Assembly (NCBI GenBank): GCA_000320545.1
Contig: ADNK01002348.1
Span: forward strand, 1-44,530
Origin: Bigelowiella natans CCMP2755
Taxonomy: Eukaryota > Protista > Cercozoa
Reading direction: 5' to 3'
DNA length: 44,530 nucleotides
Of the stretch, positions 15,379 to 28,071 are shown piece by piece. The notes below the pieces were generated by a model. That model saw nothing but the letters and a program-made list of their open reading frames with translations. It made no database searches and had not been told where the DNA came from. Numbering within the stretch: position 1 is the stretch's first letter; each line of letters begins with the position of its first letter. The position numbers were made by a program, and so were the translations under genes.

Positions 15379-16961
15379 ATGGCTCTGTCCCTCCTCGTCT
15401 TCGGCCTTCTGGCCTCCCACACCTCTGCCCTCACCGACACCACCGTTGAGCAGAGAATAGATATCAATGAAACAGCACCATCTTTATTGAGCGTGAGAGC
15501 TGAAAGCCAATCCTCCGAGTCTATTGATGAGCAGAGCGGCTACTCAGGAGTTGATCTGGAAAACTTTGTAAGTAAACTAATTCAAATGAAGCAAATAGAA
15601 AATAGTCTCATTCCCACCCTTCTGTCATGTTTCCTCTGGCATTGATTCTACTTTATCCAAGTTATGAGTATTACTGAGTAACCTCTCTCCTGCAGTTGTC
15701 AGCCTTGAAGCAAAGTGTAAGCGAGCCTTCTGCTGAGTGCAAAACCGATCCACTTCCAAACTTCGGAAACGCAAGACAGGGCGAGTCTTACTGCTGCCCT
15801 CACGTCAACAGCAACTTTGCCATGGAACAGGAAGCTGCAAGGTTGAATATTGGCAAGCCTAAAAGCGGAAAGGGTGCAATTGTGATCCTTGCCCAGAACA
15901 AGAAGCACAAAGTCTACTACCGTGACTGCCATGCTATGTTGAAGAAGAACCTCGACCTTCTTTACAAGAACTACAACGATAAGCAGAAGGATGACATCAT
16001 CATCCTTCACGAGGGCGACTTCGGACCTGAGGATCAGGAGAAGATAATCAACGGACGCAAGGAAGTCTCTTTCATGACCCTCGAAGGTGAGAACTGGGCT
16101 CAGCATCCTGCAAGCGGAATTGGCGACAACGACTGCTGCTGGGCTGGCGTTGAAGGCATCGGATACCGTAAAATGATGCGTTGGTACGCAATCCGTATCT
16201 GGCATGCCATGAAAGCTAAGGGCTACAAGTATGTCGCTCGCTTCGATGACGACTCGTACCTCCTCAGTGAAATTCCTTACAACATGTTCGGATTCATGGA
16301 ACACTTCGGCGTCAACTACGGTTATCGTAACATTGCTCGTGAGACCGGTCTTATCTGGCCTCGCCCTGACCAGTACAACGCCTTCATTCGTGACTACAGT
16401 CAGATGAAGCTTAACGGGTCTGCTGGTTGGCTGTTAGATACATGCGAGCAGAAGACCTCTGTCCTCGACTTCACCCGTGAGAACTGCGGCGAGCAATACG
16501 GATTCTACAACAACTTTTTCATCGCAAACATTGACCGCTTCTTGGAGGATGACGTCCAGGACTTCCTTGGTCACCTAGATGACTCCGGAAACATCTTTGT
16601 GAACAGGTGGAACGACTTGATCATTCAATCCACAACTGTGCAGCTTCTCCTCAAGAAGGAGAACACCTTCCACTTTACTGGATGGAGTTACGCTCACAAC
16701 TCCGGCTTCAACAGCTCCTTGCACTACGGAATCCTCCAGGTTGGAAAATTCAACGAGAACCCTGTCAAGCACTACTATGAAGTTATGGATAGGGATATGG
16801 ACTGGTCGATCGAAGAGCACGCGCACATGCTTTACATGAATAACGGAATTCTCACCCTCTCTAACCCTGGGCCTGAGAAGTGCTGTTCTTCCAAAGCAAG
16901 CGGATTCTGGCCTCACACTGCCAACAGTGGAATTATGACACCAAACCCTATGATATGTTAG
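15379..16961 (+). CDS. Glycosyltransferase family 15 (KRE2/MNT1 alpha-1,2-mannosyltransferase-like); 2 exons (15379-15567, 15696-16961)
   Basis: Motifs GAIVILAQN, GYRKMMRWY, YKYVARFDDDS, YGY, FYNNFFI, SGNIFVNRWND and YAH correspond to the GT15 motifs YRHMCRF, FWSNFEI and RWGD. There is an N-terminal hydrophobic leader and a phase-0 intron (TTT|gtaagt...tgcag|TTG). Confidence 0.8.
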
Positions 16962-18133
16962 CGAATCATCCATCAACGGGAGAAAAATAATGAATGAAAT
17001 TGGCTAGTTGGCAACAGTGGTTCAGAAGGTTTTGGACAATTCTGACGAATAACGCCAGAATATGTGGTATAAATAGATTATCACATTAGTCAATATCCGC
17101 GCGAAAATCGCCGGATTGAGTTACCGTCTTAAATTTTAATTCCCTCCTAAATCCGTTAGCATCTCTGCTCCCTTAATTTCCCATTGTAGATCTGGTGATG
17201 ATCAACAGTGACGTCTAGATTCAAACCACCATTAACCAAGGATGTCTAACTCCAGCGCAGCCCTTAATTTACAAAAGTTATTAAAAATACTATTGAAATC
17301 AACCAATTGACTTGCATGTAATTGATTAACTGCATAATCTCTGACGCATAGATCCTCTGCTGTGCATCTACATCAATGGCTTAATGTGGTATGGAGTTCT
17401 ATAGCGCAATGAGTTAACGTAATTTTTGCGCTATGGCGTAGCAGTACTGCTTATTGCAATAAATAAGTGTATATATCTTGCTCATTATATCGCAATTGCT
17501 GTCGATCCAGCAGCTTATTGTGATGTGGCCTCTGCTACATGTGACGTACACGTACAAACATGCAATGGACTACTTTGTTATATGCACAGCTCTTGCTAGC
17601 TAGCTAGAGCTAAAGCTGCGTGCAATTCAAAGCTGGGGCATTCTCTAGTTCTACGACGCATATATGCATGCCAGCTATGTACGTAGCATGCATGCGGTTG
17701 ACACAGTGAACGTACTGATCATTCAATGTCTAGTAGCTAACGCACAATTGTTGGGACAACATGCAAGTGGAAAAAAATCCAACAGCATTTTCATATTCCA
17801 TATATCTATCTCGCCGATCGAATGACACAACGTACAGCGTCCTATATTGCATCTATGTGCTTACATGAGCGTTGCTAACTTGCTGCTTCAATGTGTGGAT
17901 GTGCCGCCATGTGTCTGCCGTATATGTAAGTACGTACAGCATCACTATGGCTAGATAGCGGCGTGCGCACAGTCGCATGGCTGCTCCATATGACTGACCT
18001 CAAATAACGGCACATCAAATAATGGCACACGTACGTACATTGGAAGCCGGTCTGCTTAAATGATTACGTACATCAAATATAAAGCATTGACAAGTCACAA
18101 CAGCAGGCTAGGTGGTCTCCATGCTGACCGCTG

Positions 18134-21100
18134 TCACGAACACTTTCGATGCAGTCTTAGCTTACGATCTAAAGAAGTAGATGCTAACGAGAATCCTGAT
18201 GCAATGTCACATTATGATTGTTAGCTTGAGCCATTTCCAGCCTATGTTTCACATATACACAATAGCGCGCGCGCGAGCACATGAACATGCAGATGCAAAT
18301 AATTTTGCGGACCCCCACGCACGAATCCGCTCTCTCTATTTCTCCTCATACTTCACAGCCGTTATTACCCTTGATTGAGCTAATCCATTTGATGTCCCGA
18401 ACGAAATCGCCAAAAACGGAGCGCATCTGCATTGTTACCGGCGGTGCAGAGGAGATATTCCTTCGCTGTTTTTCCCTTTGCCTTTTGGTGGCGCTATCAA
18501 GCTGCTCAGTAGCGTAGACATGGAGCTGACTGTTCTCGCCCCCGACCGCAATGTGCGCCCCATCTGCGAGTACAATGAAAACGGAGACGATTGTGTGATT
18601 GGCGGGGAGACGACGATGATGCTCAATTAGATGATGCTGATCGAGTTTTAGCATGGTGCGGAATTTGCCTAGAACACCTGGAGAGAACTCAAGGCTGCAC
18701 ACACGCGCGTCGAGTGAGACGATAGGACTCGTGTGCGAGGCAGCGGTCTTGGAATGACCCACTTTCCGCATATCTATATGCCCCACGCCTCCCGACGAGG
18801 ATCCTACCAAAAAGAAAGAAGCGGCACCGAAGAACGACGAATGAGTGCCTAATCCTTGCATATGTAACTGCTCGAAGCTACTAATCCCATGTGTTTCTAG
18901 TGGGTATGAACACTACCAAAAATGAGATGGTGCGAGTGCGTATCGAAGCAGGAGACTTCCTCGCTGTGCCTCAAACCTGATCATCAGCATAGCCAAGCAA
19001 CAACGAAATTTGACGACGAATAAATTCACGTGGAACTGACTGGCCTCTCTCTATATGTACTTCCTTCATTCCATCTCTTCTTCTTCTTCTTCTCCTTTCA
19101 ATTCCGATATATCAGCGACGAGATGTTAAAGCTGCAGTCTACCCCCGCTCGGTTTGCTTCCACGCTTGTCCCAAAATAGAATGTAGCCGTCCTGCAGCAA
19201 GATATGATGAGATCAATGGCGAGGCAGATGCGATGGTAACACATAGCTATTATACCTCGCCAATACGTTTTTTTTTAATGCAGAGCAAAAAGCAGATATT
19301 AACCTCACCCCCCCCCCCCATTTTTTTCTTCTTATCTACCTTGTCCGTCGAAAAGAAGGGGTTGGGGTCGGTCTTTGACCATCTTACCTGCATAGGAAGG
19401 CAATCAATTCTATCGCTATAGGCAAACAACACCACGCCCAGAAGAAAAATATCGATAATTTATGTTGAATTCGTGAAAAAGAAAGAATCTGCCGAGGCTC
19501 GCTGTATGGTGCTCGTCCTTTCTTCCTTACTTGATTTGCATAATTTGTGTGGGAGAGATAGTTTCCGATCTGATTTCAGAATGGCGCAACAATGGGGCAT
19601 GAGAGCACGTTTGGCAAGCTACTGCATTAACGCTCAATTCCGTATCAATCTTTCATAACGCTGATACAATATCATTTCCTCCTACTCATGCATCCATTAC
19701 TACTATGGCTACTAGTACCGGCTCGGCAGAGACAGCAAGATCCCAAAGCAATATCCTAGGGAGGAAAAAGAGAGGAGAGAAGAGAAAAAAGAGATGATGA
19801 TGATGATAAGGAGGAGGAAGAAGAGTTGAAATGGCGACAGCTCTCCTCCTTCCGTCTCACGCCGTAGTTTATCACTGCCCTTCAACCCTTATCCCTTACT
19901 TGTGATCGTAGGAGGAGGAAAGCAGCTGGGAGCCTACCCAAACACAATTTTGAATACATATTTCGATAAGCTATTACTTCTTCCATTTGCGGGGGAAGAA
20001 GGTGGTGACCCAAACTTATATCTTCGTCATTCTTAATATGTTCCATGCATCCATTGGTGAAATTCTTTGAGTCTCTTACTCGATTTGGGCGGCGCGGATG
20101 TTGACTCTCTAAGCCTGAACATAGAGGAATTTTCATGATTATAATAATACCGAACATGGAGGAGTGCAAATTCTTCTTCTCTCATCTGACACCTTTGTAC
20201 TGAAAGACTCGTTACGATGCTGCCGTGGCCTCTGAGCGTACTAACCTACGCATTTATATAGCACGGAAGTTATAGGGGTATATTTGAAGTCTGATGCTCA
20301 AATCAGTGATGATAATATTACTGGTTTTGGAACGAGAGGCTTTTCCACGCCTTTCGCTGTTTGCCAGCACGATATATCCCCGTCATCTCCTTCAACATAA
20401 TTTTAAAAATATTTCTGAAGCAGAACAGTTCTAACTCTGTATCGGTTTGATTTCTCTTTTAATGTGTCGTCAATCGTGAACACGTGTAAATCTGGTCCAA
20501 CGGGGCTCTTTCAACTGCAAAGCACTACCTGCAGAGAGAAGCAGCGGAGTATCTGTGACACCCGCGAAGGCTGAACACATCAGTAACAGTGAATACAGCA
20601 AGTTCTTTGAACGACAAGGCAGATATTATCAATAACTTATAAAGATATCTTTGCAGCATTGTACCCAATGACGTTATCCCCGCTGTTGTGCGAACAGACT
20701 GAATCTTGTGCATCTTATCGCTCTGCCCTTCTCCACTAATCCCAATGATCGAGAGCTACAGATAACGAGACAGGCAAGATGACCAGAGATCATATCAAGA
20801 AAGTGTTACTCAGAAATTCTCACCTGTCCATCCCACGTGTTCCCTGTCAGCGCAGAGCTTCCAACTGCAATAACTGTGTGTTTTGCAAGTAAGACTTCTC
20901 TGAAGCATTCTTCATCATGCGTCATGGTTTATAAATGCTAGTCTGCTGCTTACATTTTCTGGGCTCAAATACAGCGATCGCCTCCGGGTACATTTCGAAT
21001 TTCAGCAGTAGAGGGCTGATAGAAAGCGCTATGGTTAAATACAACACTATTTCTGTGGACAGTGCTTCCATTATAAGGATATTATCACTGATATTAATAT

Positions 21101-21200
21101 CATCTAATGCATACGGAATACGCGAATAGTAAAACCCGTCCCACCTTCTGGCGGATCCTTCCATAGATTTTTCATCTGGCTCGTACTTCTCTTCTTCCAT
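18134..21200 (-). CDS. WDR77: WD40 protein, WDR77/MEP50 (methylosome protein 50)-like, more than 12 exons
   Basis: Spliced exons include IAVGSSALTGNTWDGQ, SVRTTAGITSL, SAGDDGDISCW, GHGSIVTSLSV, SQLLSSSYDHKILLWDL, DGYILFWDKRGSKP and GDFVRDIKW...LASTSLDRKLRLH. These are colinear with recalled MEP50 segments (SSLSGRCWAG, VQTEAGVADL, HDDIVSTVSV, DNRILLWDTR, HRDFVRDATW). Confidence 0.75.
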
Positions 21201-21457
21201 CGCGCAGGGAGGGGACGGCAACGCGTGAAGTGCCAGCAGTCGATCGAGTGGATAACCCCGGGATTACCGGGATTATTTAATATAATGTAAACGATTTTGG
21301 TATCGCGACATGTACAATCGGCGATGATTTCTAATTTCCATCTCACCTCAGGCAGAAAATCATCCTAGGAACATCGTGTTTTTGAGGTTGTTATAGTAAT
21401 AAGTGTTCTTTCAATGAATAAGCATGTTGTTTACCCACAGATTTTGCAACAGAGACA

Positions 21458-22738
21458 ATGAAAAAAAGAGCATATATTAGGTACGAAAAATGAGGACAAC
21501 ATTCAAATTTCGAATGTGGCTAACGGTGGACAAAAAGTGATAGCGACATAGCAATCAGAGCGACAAAAAATAAAAAATGCGTGGTTCCAAACATCAGGTC
21601 GAAAAGCGTGTGGCTTCGGTGCAGCACGGATCCACCGACCGAGGTGGAATCGCAGCTGATGCAGAGGACTTCAGAATCGAGAAAGAAGAAGGCCAAAGAC
21701 GCCTCTGAGCTCTTGCAGCACATTCGACGAGCAGGAGAAAAGAAAGATTCGTTTCTGTTTGGTATGGAATTTTTCAATGGATTCTTTAGTCAATGGCATG
21801 AAAAGGCTCGTATCGGCGGCCACTGGAGATCAGACTGCTGTGATGTCACAGGAAGCCACCCAAGTGTTCTTGGTCAAGACTTTCATTATTACTTGGAAAA
21901 AAGCAAAGAGGAAGCCAAGTCTCATCTGGAAGCCGCCCGTGTGGCCAGTGGGTGGGGTTGTGTACTGACGTTTGACTATCACATGATGGGAAGATACGGC
22001 AAAAAATTCGAGTTCTCAGAACCCGGTAAGTATCTGGTCTATAACGTTGGCGAGGAAAACGACCAATATACCGAGGTGACATGGTTCAGTGAAAGGCTGC
22101 GAAGCCTAGTAGAGCACATCAAGCCCTTGAATACCCCACTCGTTTTACGTTTGTTCCACGAGTGCAATGGAGACTGGTTCTGGTGGGGCTCCAAGTGTCA
22201 TGGAGGGGCACACAGCTATAAAAAGTTCTTCCGTTTCGCCGTTAAATACATCCGCGAAAGGACCGACCTAGCTCTTATCGCCTGGTCACCGAATTTCCCA
22301 TTTGATAAGGAGGCGACGGACTATTACCCAGGAGATAATGTGGTAGATGTCATTGGTCTTGATGCCTATGATATGGGTGAAAATAAGGGGCCTACTTGGA
22401 AAGAATTCAAAACGAGTTTGCTTGCAATGGGTGAATTTGCAACGAAGCACAAAAAAGTAGCAGCTTTGACCGAAACTGGCAACAGGAAGCGGTCTCCTGA
22501 GACTGCACCAGACTGGTGGCAAAAACTCTCGGATGTAGTGCTATCATGCCAGTGTGAATATCCCAGTGCACACATATCATGGGTGCTTTCGTGGTTCAAC
22601 GCACCATGGAACACCCAGGATCAAGATATGATTCCCCATCGGCATAGCAGTAAGCTCGCTAAGGATGGATTTCGTCGATTTGCTTCACACACTGGAGTGC
22701 ATCTCATGAGTGGCGCAGAGCCATTCTTTGCTACATAA
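21458..22738 (+). CDS. Glycoside hydrolase family 26 (beta-mannanase-like); probable short first exon 21458-21480, main exon 21598-22738
   Basis: GH26 motifs RLFHECNGDWFWWG (acid/base Glu), WSPN, YYPGDNVVDVIGLDAYD and AALTETG (nucleophile Glu). The start is inferred from ATG AAA AAA AGA GCA TAT ATT AG|gtacg...catcag|G, which is in frame. Confidence 0.88.
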
Positions 22739-24098
22739 CTTTGAAGAGAACAAAAGAGCCATTGGGGTCTCAGCTAGAGGCGCGAATCATCATTCTTGAT
22801 GAGTGAATTATTGGGTTTTTTTATGTTGCACGTGCGCCTGTGCGCGACGCCACTAGCACCAGAGTGACTAGATTCTGGAGAGGTTTCCCGCGATCATTAT
22901 GTTAAGGTTGGCATAGTGCAGGTTGGCACTAATGTGTGCACTATTGTATACTTTGCCATTGGGTCCAGTAACCATCCAGTTGCCTTTGACAGGGTTGCCC
23001 GTGGCCAGTGCTGTAATTAGCTTTAGCGCGCCATGCGCCAAAGGCTAAATGGAAAAAACAAAAAATGAGCTAGCGTGATGAAAGGGGGAAGTTTAACAGA
23101 TTTTGTCTGTCTCCTACATTCGTGAAACGTGCGAAAAGCTGCGTGTAAAATGGTGGCCACGTTTTGGCGTGGATAGAGCACAGTGGGAATGAGGGATTGT
23201 GGCAAGCAAGAGCTTTGTGAACCAGTCAACCTCCGAGGGCGAGGTTACTGTTACTACTTGCGGGTGCCGTGCTGGCGTGCAAGGACGTTCAGTGCTTGTC
23301 AGCTCCAGAACGTGCCAAAGCACGTGGCTCATAAAGCTGTTGCGTGGAATTTCAGGACCACTCAGAACCGAAATTCGAAGTCATCCCAAACTTTTTTGAA
23401 ATCCCATTTCCGCCGTGATTTCTCACGTCGAGTTCCCTTTTGCCTGCTAGCCTGGCCCTGATTTATCAGTTTGATTTTCTTTGTCACTTCCACCAGGAAG
23501 TGGAAGCAAGCGAGCTAGCGAGTCTTCACTGCTGGACTGATCCAGGGATTGCCGCAATCGATGGCCCTGCTGACGAGATCATTCACTCCGGGGTTATTCA
23601 GACAATGCACACCACGTGTGCCGCACACCACTCAGGCGTGGGGTGTATGCGAGCTGCATCGCAGACGAATGTCTATGTCATTGTGATGAATGAATTGCAT
23701 CTTGCTAATGATCTAGAAATGATCATCCCGCACACATGCTAGCATGGTGCGCACATTGTGCATGTGCACACTTTTTCCATTTTGACATCAATCATCATCG
23801 TCTCTGTGTGCAGTGGCGAACGGTGCACAATTGCATCGCATGGTTTTCAATCGATGTTGAGGTTCGATCAGAGATTGCAAGTACGTTTCTGTCGTTGCGT
23901 GGCTTTTGCAAGTTACAACGCACAGCATTGTCTAAAACTTGGCACATTCTCGTCCTTGGCGATCGTATGATCTAGTGATGGAAGTCATTGCAAACTTGAG
24001 CGCACACATGTCGAATTCGATCATCTATTTTTATTTGTCGAGCTGCTGCGGAAATATAGAAATTGACACCGCGCTAGCCTGCATGCGTTGATTCTCGA

Positions 24099-26977
24099 TC
24101 ATGCTAGATGTGAGGTGAATCCAGTGCAATCGCCTCCCTCAATGTATCTAGTGATCGGGGTGGTCAAATCCAGCTTGTTGGCCTAATCACAGCATGATGG
24201 TCATTTCTGAAATGTCAGATTTGTCAAGGAAAACAATTGCATTTTTCATCAAAATTGAGATCTCAAGAAATTTGATGCTGGTCCTCCTGTTTGTTACACC
24301 ATTTCTACCATTCCAGTCGAAATTGAAAAATGGAAAAACGGAAAAACGGAAATGTGATTTAGGGACGCCATGTCCAAAATTGAATCTCATTTCATCTCTG
24401 CATTTACATTCTGTTCATTGCTATGCTGCCCTTGACATCACTACTGCCATCTATCAGCGTGTCACCGGCACATCAGAAATTAAAAAAAAATCAATTTTCA
24501 CGCAATATCGATTTAATCACCTTCAGATAACGGATTGCAACTCCAATCGATTCGTACCTTTCCTGTGTGCTACACTGTAGGAATATGAATGACTATCTCA
24601 ATAATTATTTAAAACACTCATAATATGCTCTGGAACTTGAGTTGTAAAAGAAAAATGACGTTGTGATGCTGAAAATTTGAATACCTTCGATCCAACGTGA
24701 ACAAGAACTTCATTTCCAAGGTCAAGTAGGAAGACATCCTTGTTATGGACGTCCGATTTCTTCGGTTTATCACTCACCTTGGTGAGTTTGATTGTCCCAG
24801 TCTCCTCACTGAGGAAAACGCCAAAGCCAAAATCATACGATATCATCTTTCTGAAGTAAATATTGTGTTGGCATGTGATACACAGTACCTGAGCTTCCAC
24901 AGTTCACACTTAGAAACTTTGGGTTTCGGTGCTGTTTTCTCATCAGATGGAAGAGCATCCGGAACCTAAAATGTTGTTTTTTGGAAATTATGTGCCATGA
25001 TGATCGCTCTGATTTTTCACTTTCTTGGAGAGAATTTCGCACAAAGCAATTCTAAGGAGAATCCGCACCTCTGACTTTCCTCCAAGAGTATCCCAGAACT
25101 CCTTATCTGTGGATTCAGTATCTACAAAGATCTTCTTTGCCTTTCCTCGACCCTTTGACACAAATGTTTGTCACACTTTGAATTTTAGGTTTTTGGGGAG
25201 ATTGATTTCTTTTTTAAAGGTGAAAGTTTGCCCCAACGAACCCATGAATCACGCCGTACAACAATTACGCACCACTTCGCTTTTGATCCCGCTGACAATG
25301 TCCAGAGCTCGTCGCTTTTCCCAGATGCCGGAGCTCTTCCCATGGAAGATGAATATGCTTAAACCTGAACGTGTTTGTACGTTGTCAATTTGCACCATCT
25401 AGCCAAAGAAAAGTAGATATTTGGTCCTATAACACGTGAGAAAAGCATTTGTTGGAATCAGACTCCTTGCGATAATACCAGCATCAAGGATGAAGGCGTC
25501 TCCTTCGTTCATGGAATCAACCTTGCACTCGACCTCACGACAGACAATTGTTTCTTTCTTTGCACCACGTAGATGATACAAACGAGGCTTGTACTCCTCC
25601 CGTTTCACCTTTGTAAATCCACTTTCGAATCCCCCTTTTAGCACTTTGAAGCTGGAAGTTTTGTGTTTCGTATTAGGCTCAGGGTTAAAATAGGGTGATA
25701 ATTGAGGTTCTCTTGTTGAAATAAATATCGGTGATTCTTTCGAGTTTTAAGGTTGTATTTTGGTTTTGGAAACACCATTACTGCTTCCATCCCAAAACGA
25801 CAGAGAACTACCTCTTGAAAAGCTTTAAAAACTTTGCACTTTCCTTGCCATCGAGTTCACGGTGTTGGACTGGGGTACTTCCAAGCAAGGCTGACAAGTT
25901 ATCATAGTTGTGTGAAGGTGCTGCTACATTATCTCGCTCCTCAGAGCAATGCACTTTCATATTGTGTTGTGTGAGAGCTATTACTGTCAAGCTCCACAGT
26001 TTTGTAGGCTGCAGTTCCTATTTCATCTTGTGAGCTCTGCAAGCAAAAATGGGGATGATATAAGACAGGCCGATGATAGAGCCAAAGATTGGTGAAATTC
26101 ATGTTTAAAAAATTTGGAGATACCTCTCTTCCGAGCCAGAAGAATAGGTTGAAATATTTCTTTGTCTCGACCATATATCTGATGAACACCATATTTTAGA
26201 GAACAGCATAATCTTAAACAAGACGACGAAAAGTTTCTGGACAAGTCTGGTAGGTTTTACGTCTGAAGGATGATGTAGCTGTCCCCGGAGAAAAAGCTTC
26301 CGTATTCTTCCTCAGGTACCTTACGCCGTAACAGGAACGAATCCAAAACAGTTTATACCTTTCTCGACTGATACGTTGGGACAAATTCAGTGATGATGCA
26401 GTATTCATTCACATTCACCTTGATAATCCCAAATTTCGCGGCCTTCAAATCAGTTCTCTTGATGTTCTTGACACGCCAGATCTATGATTCAGTAGATTTT
26501 TTATCAGTTGATGAGATTAAATAACAATAACATGCACTCCATTAGTACCTGAATCCCTTCGCCCTTGTCACCGGCTCCTTTGTACGCTTCTTCAAGTGAA
26601 GCAGAGTCGAAAACCAATTCTTTGTGTTCCTTACTCTACAATAATCACGAATAATTCAGCATTCGTCGCATCATTGTTCCAAATCTACGACATAAAATTA
26701 CACACCCCATATTTGGCCATATTCGAATCCTCCAACTAATTTTATCACACATAATACCGAATCAAACATCGGGATAAAGTTGCAGCGATGTGGCGAATGT
26801 AACTATCGTACGAAGAAAGAGGAAGCGACCATTCTAGAAGAAAGAAAGGGCAAAGAGAAAGCCAGTCCCCAAAGTCTCCAACCCTCCAGAATCTATCCCA
26901 TGAAACTCGATGATTTTATAGCCCCAACCCATCCCAATCCCTCCCTCCACAAAACCCACAACAACCTTGAGTTCCAT
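24099..26977 (-). CDS. Three-domain gelsolin-family actin-severing protein (severin/fragmin-like), about 15 exons
   Basis: Exons give LEDSNMAKYG, GIQIWRV, YGSFFSGDSYIIL, FFWLGRESSQDEIGTAAYKTVELD, PVQHRELDGKESAKFLKLF, GGFESGF, MNEGDAFILDAG, EFWDTLGG, DVFLLDLG and TPITRYIEGG...*. The first exon (MELK, ATG at 26977) is tentative. Confidence 0.9.
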
Positions 26978-27577
26978 GGTGATATTGTTATCGTGTGGGG
27001 TAGCTTCTTATCAGTTTAGACATCTGGAGATATGCGTTGGGAGCATGAGCATCGAGATCGAGGGCGATGTGTGCGAACGACAAGCCTCATTTCATGATAA
27101 ACGATAAACGAACACAGGCTTCCGATCATCCGCAAAATGCCGGAGATTTTCATGTTACGTCATCTGTTTTCATCACTGTGAATCTAAATGCAATGCATCG
27201 CAGAGATGGACGACGATCGATTGACTGTGCGCATCATTTATTTGTTCATTTGTTGACTGTGTGCTGCATCGTGACGCACGTCACATCTAGACGTGCATAC
27301 CACCGGTTTCTAGCGCTGCGCGTGTTTGCGACATGCTCACGAAATTGTGTCCAATGAACACAACAGACAGAACAGCGACACTCATGCTAGCTAGCATGCA
27401 TGGGTGGGCTTGTTGTGACGAGCATGCGAGCACGCTGACTGCAGACACGCACACAACAATGCAAATGATGTGCCTGTCGATCGTCGCGATCGATGTCATA
27501 GCCGCATCAATGCATTCATGTCCATGAGTGTGAAGGTACATCTTCATTAGGTTTACTAATTTAGTGCAATCAAGTCC

Positions 27578-28039
27578 TCATTTAAAGTTGACGAGATGTG
27601 CAGCAATCCTGTTATCAGACCCCCCCGTCGCTAGCATGGAAGGCCCCCACCAGTCAACACAAAGCCCCTTCCCGTCATGTGACTTTATCGTGTGGAGTGG
27701 ATCCCGAGCGCGAGCGTCCCAAACCTGCAAAAAAAGATAGCTTATAACTTAATAGTACGACGAACTTTGAGGAAGGCATGGACAGGACGAACACCACCGG
27801 TCTAACTATCAACTCCGTCATTGCAACTGTATCAGCTGAACATTGCACTTTGGCATGTGGCACCTTGAGAGTTCCATCGTGCGAAGTCGATGCTAGCTTG
27901 TGGGAGCTGTGCTTGCACCAGCTCACATCGGTGACAAATCCTTTATGTGATGACGATCCTGTCCTCATCTTCATCACGCTCTGGGAGTAGAAGGCAAATC
28001 GTCACGTTACCCATACGTTTTTCTTAAGTTATTACCATC

Positions 28040-28071
<32 letters not shown>

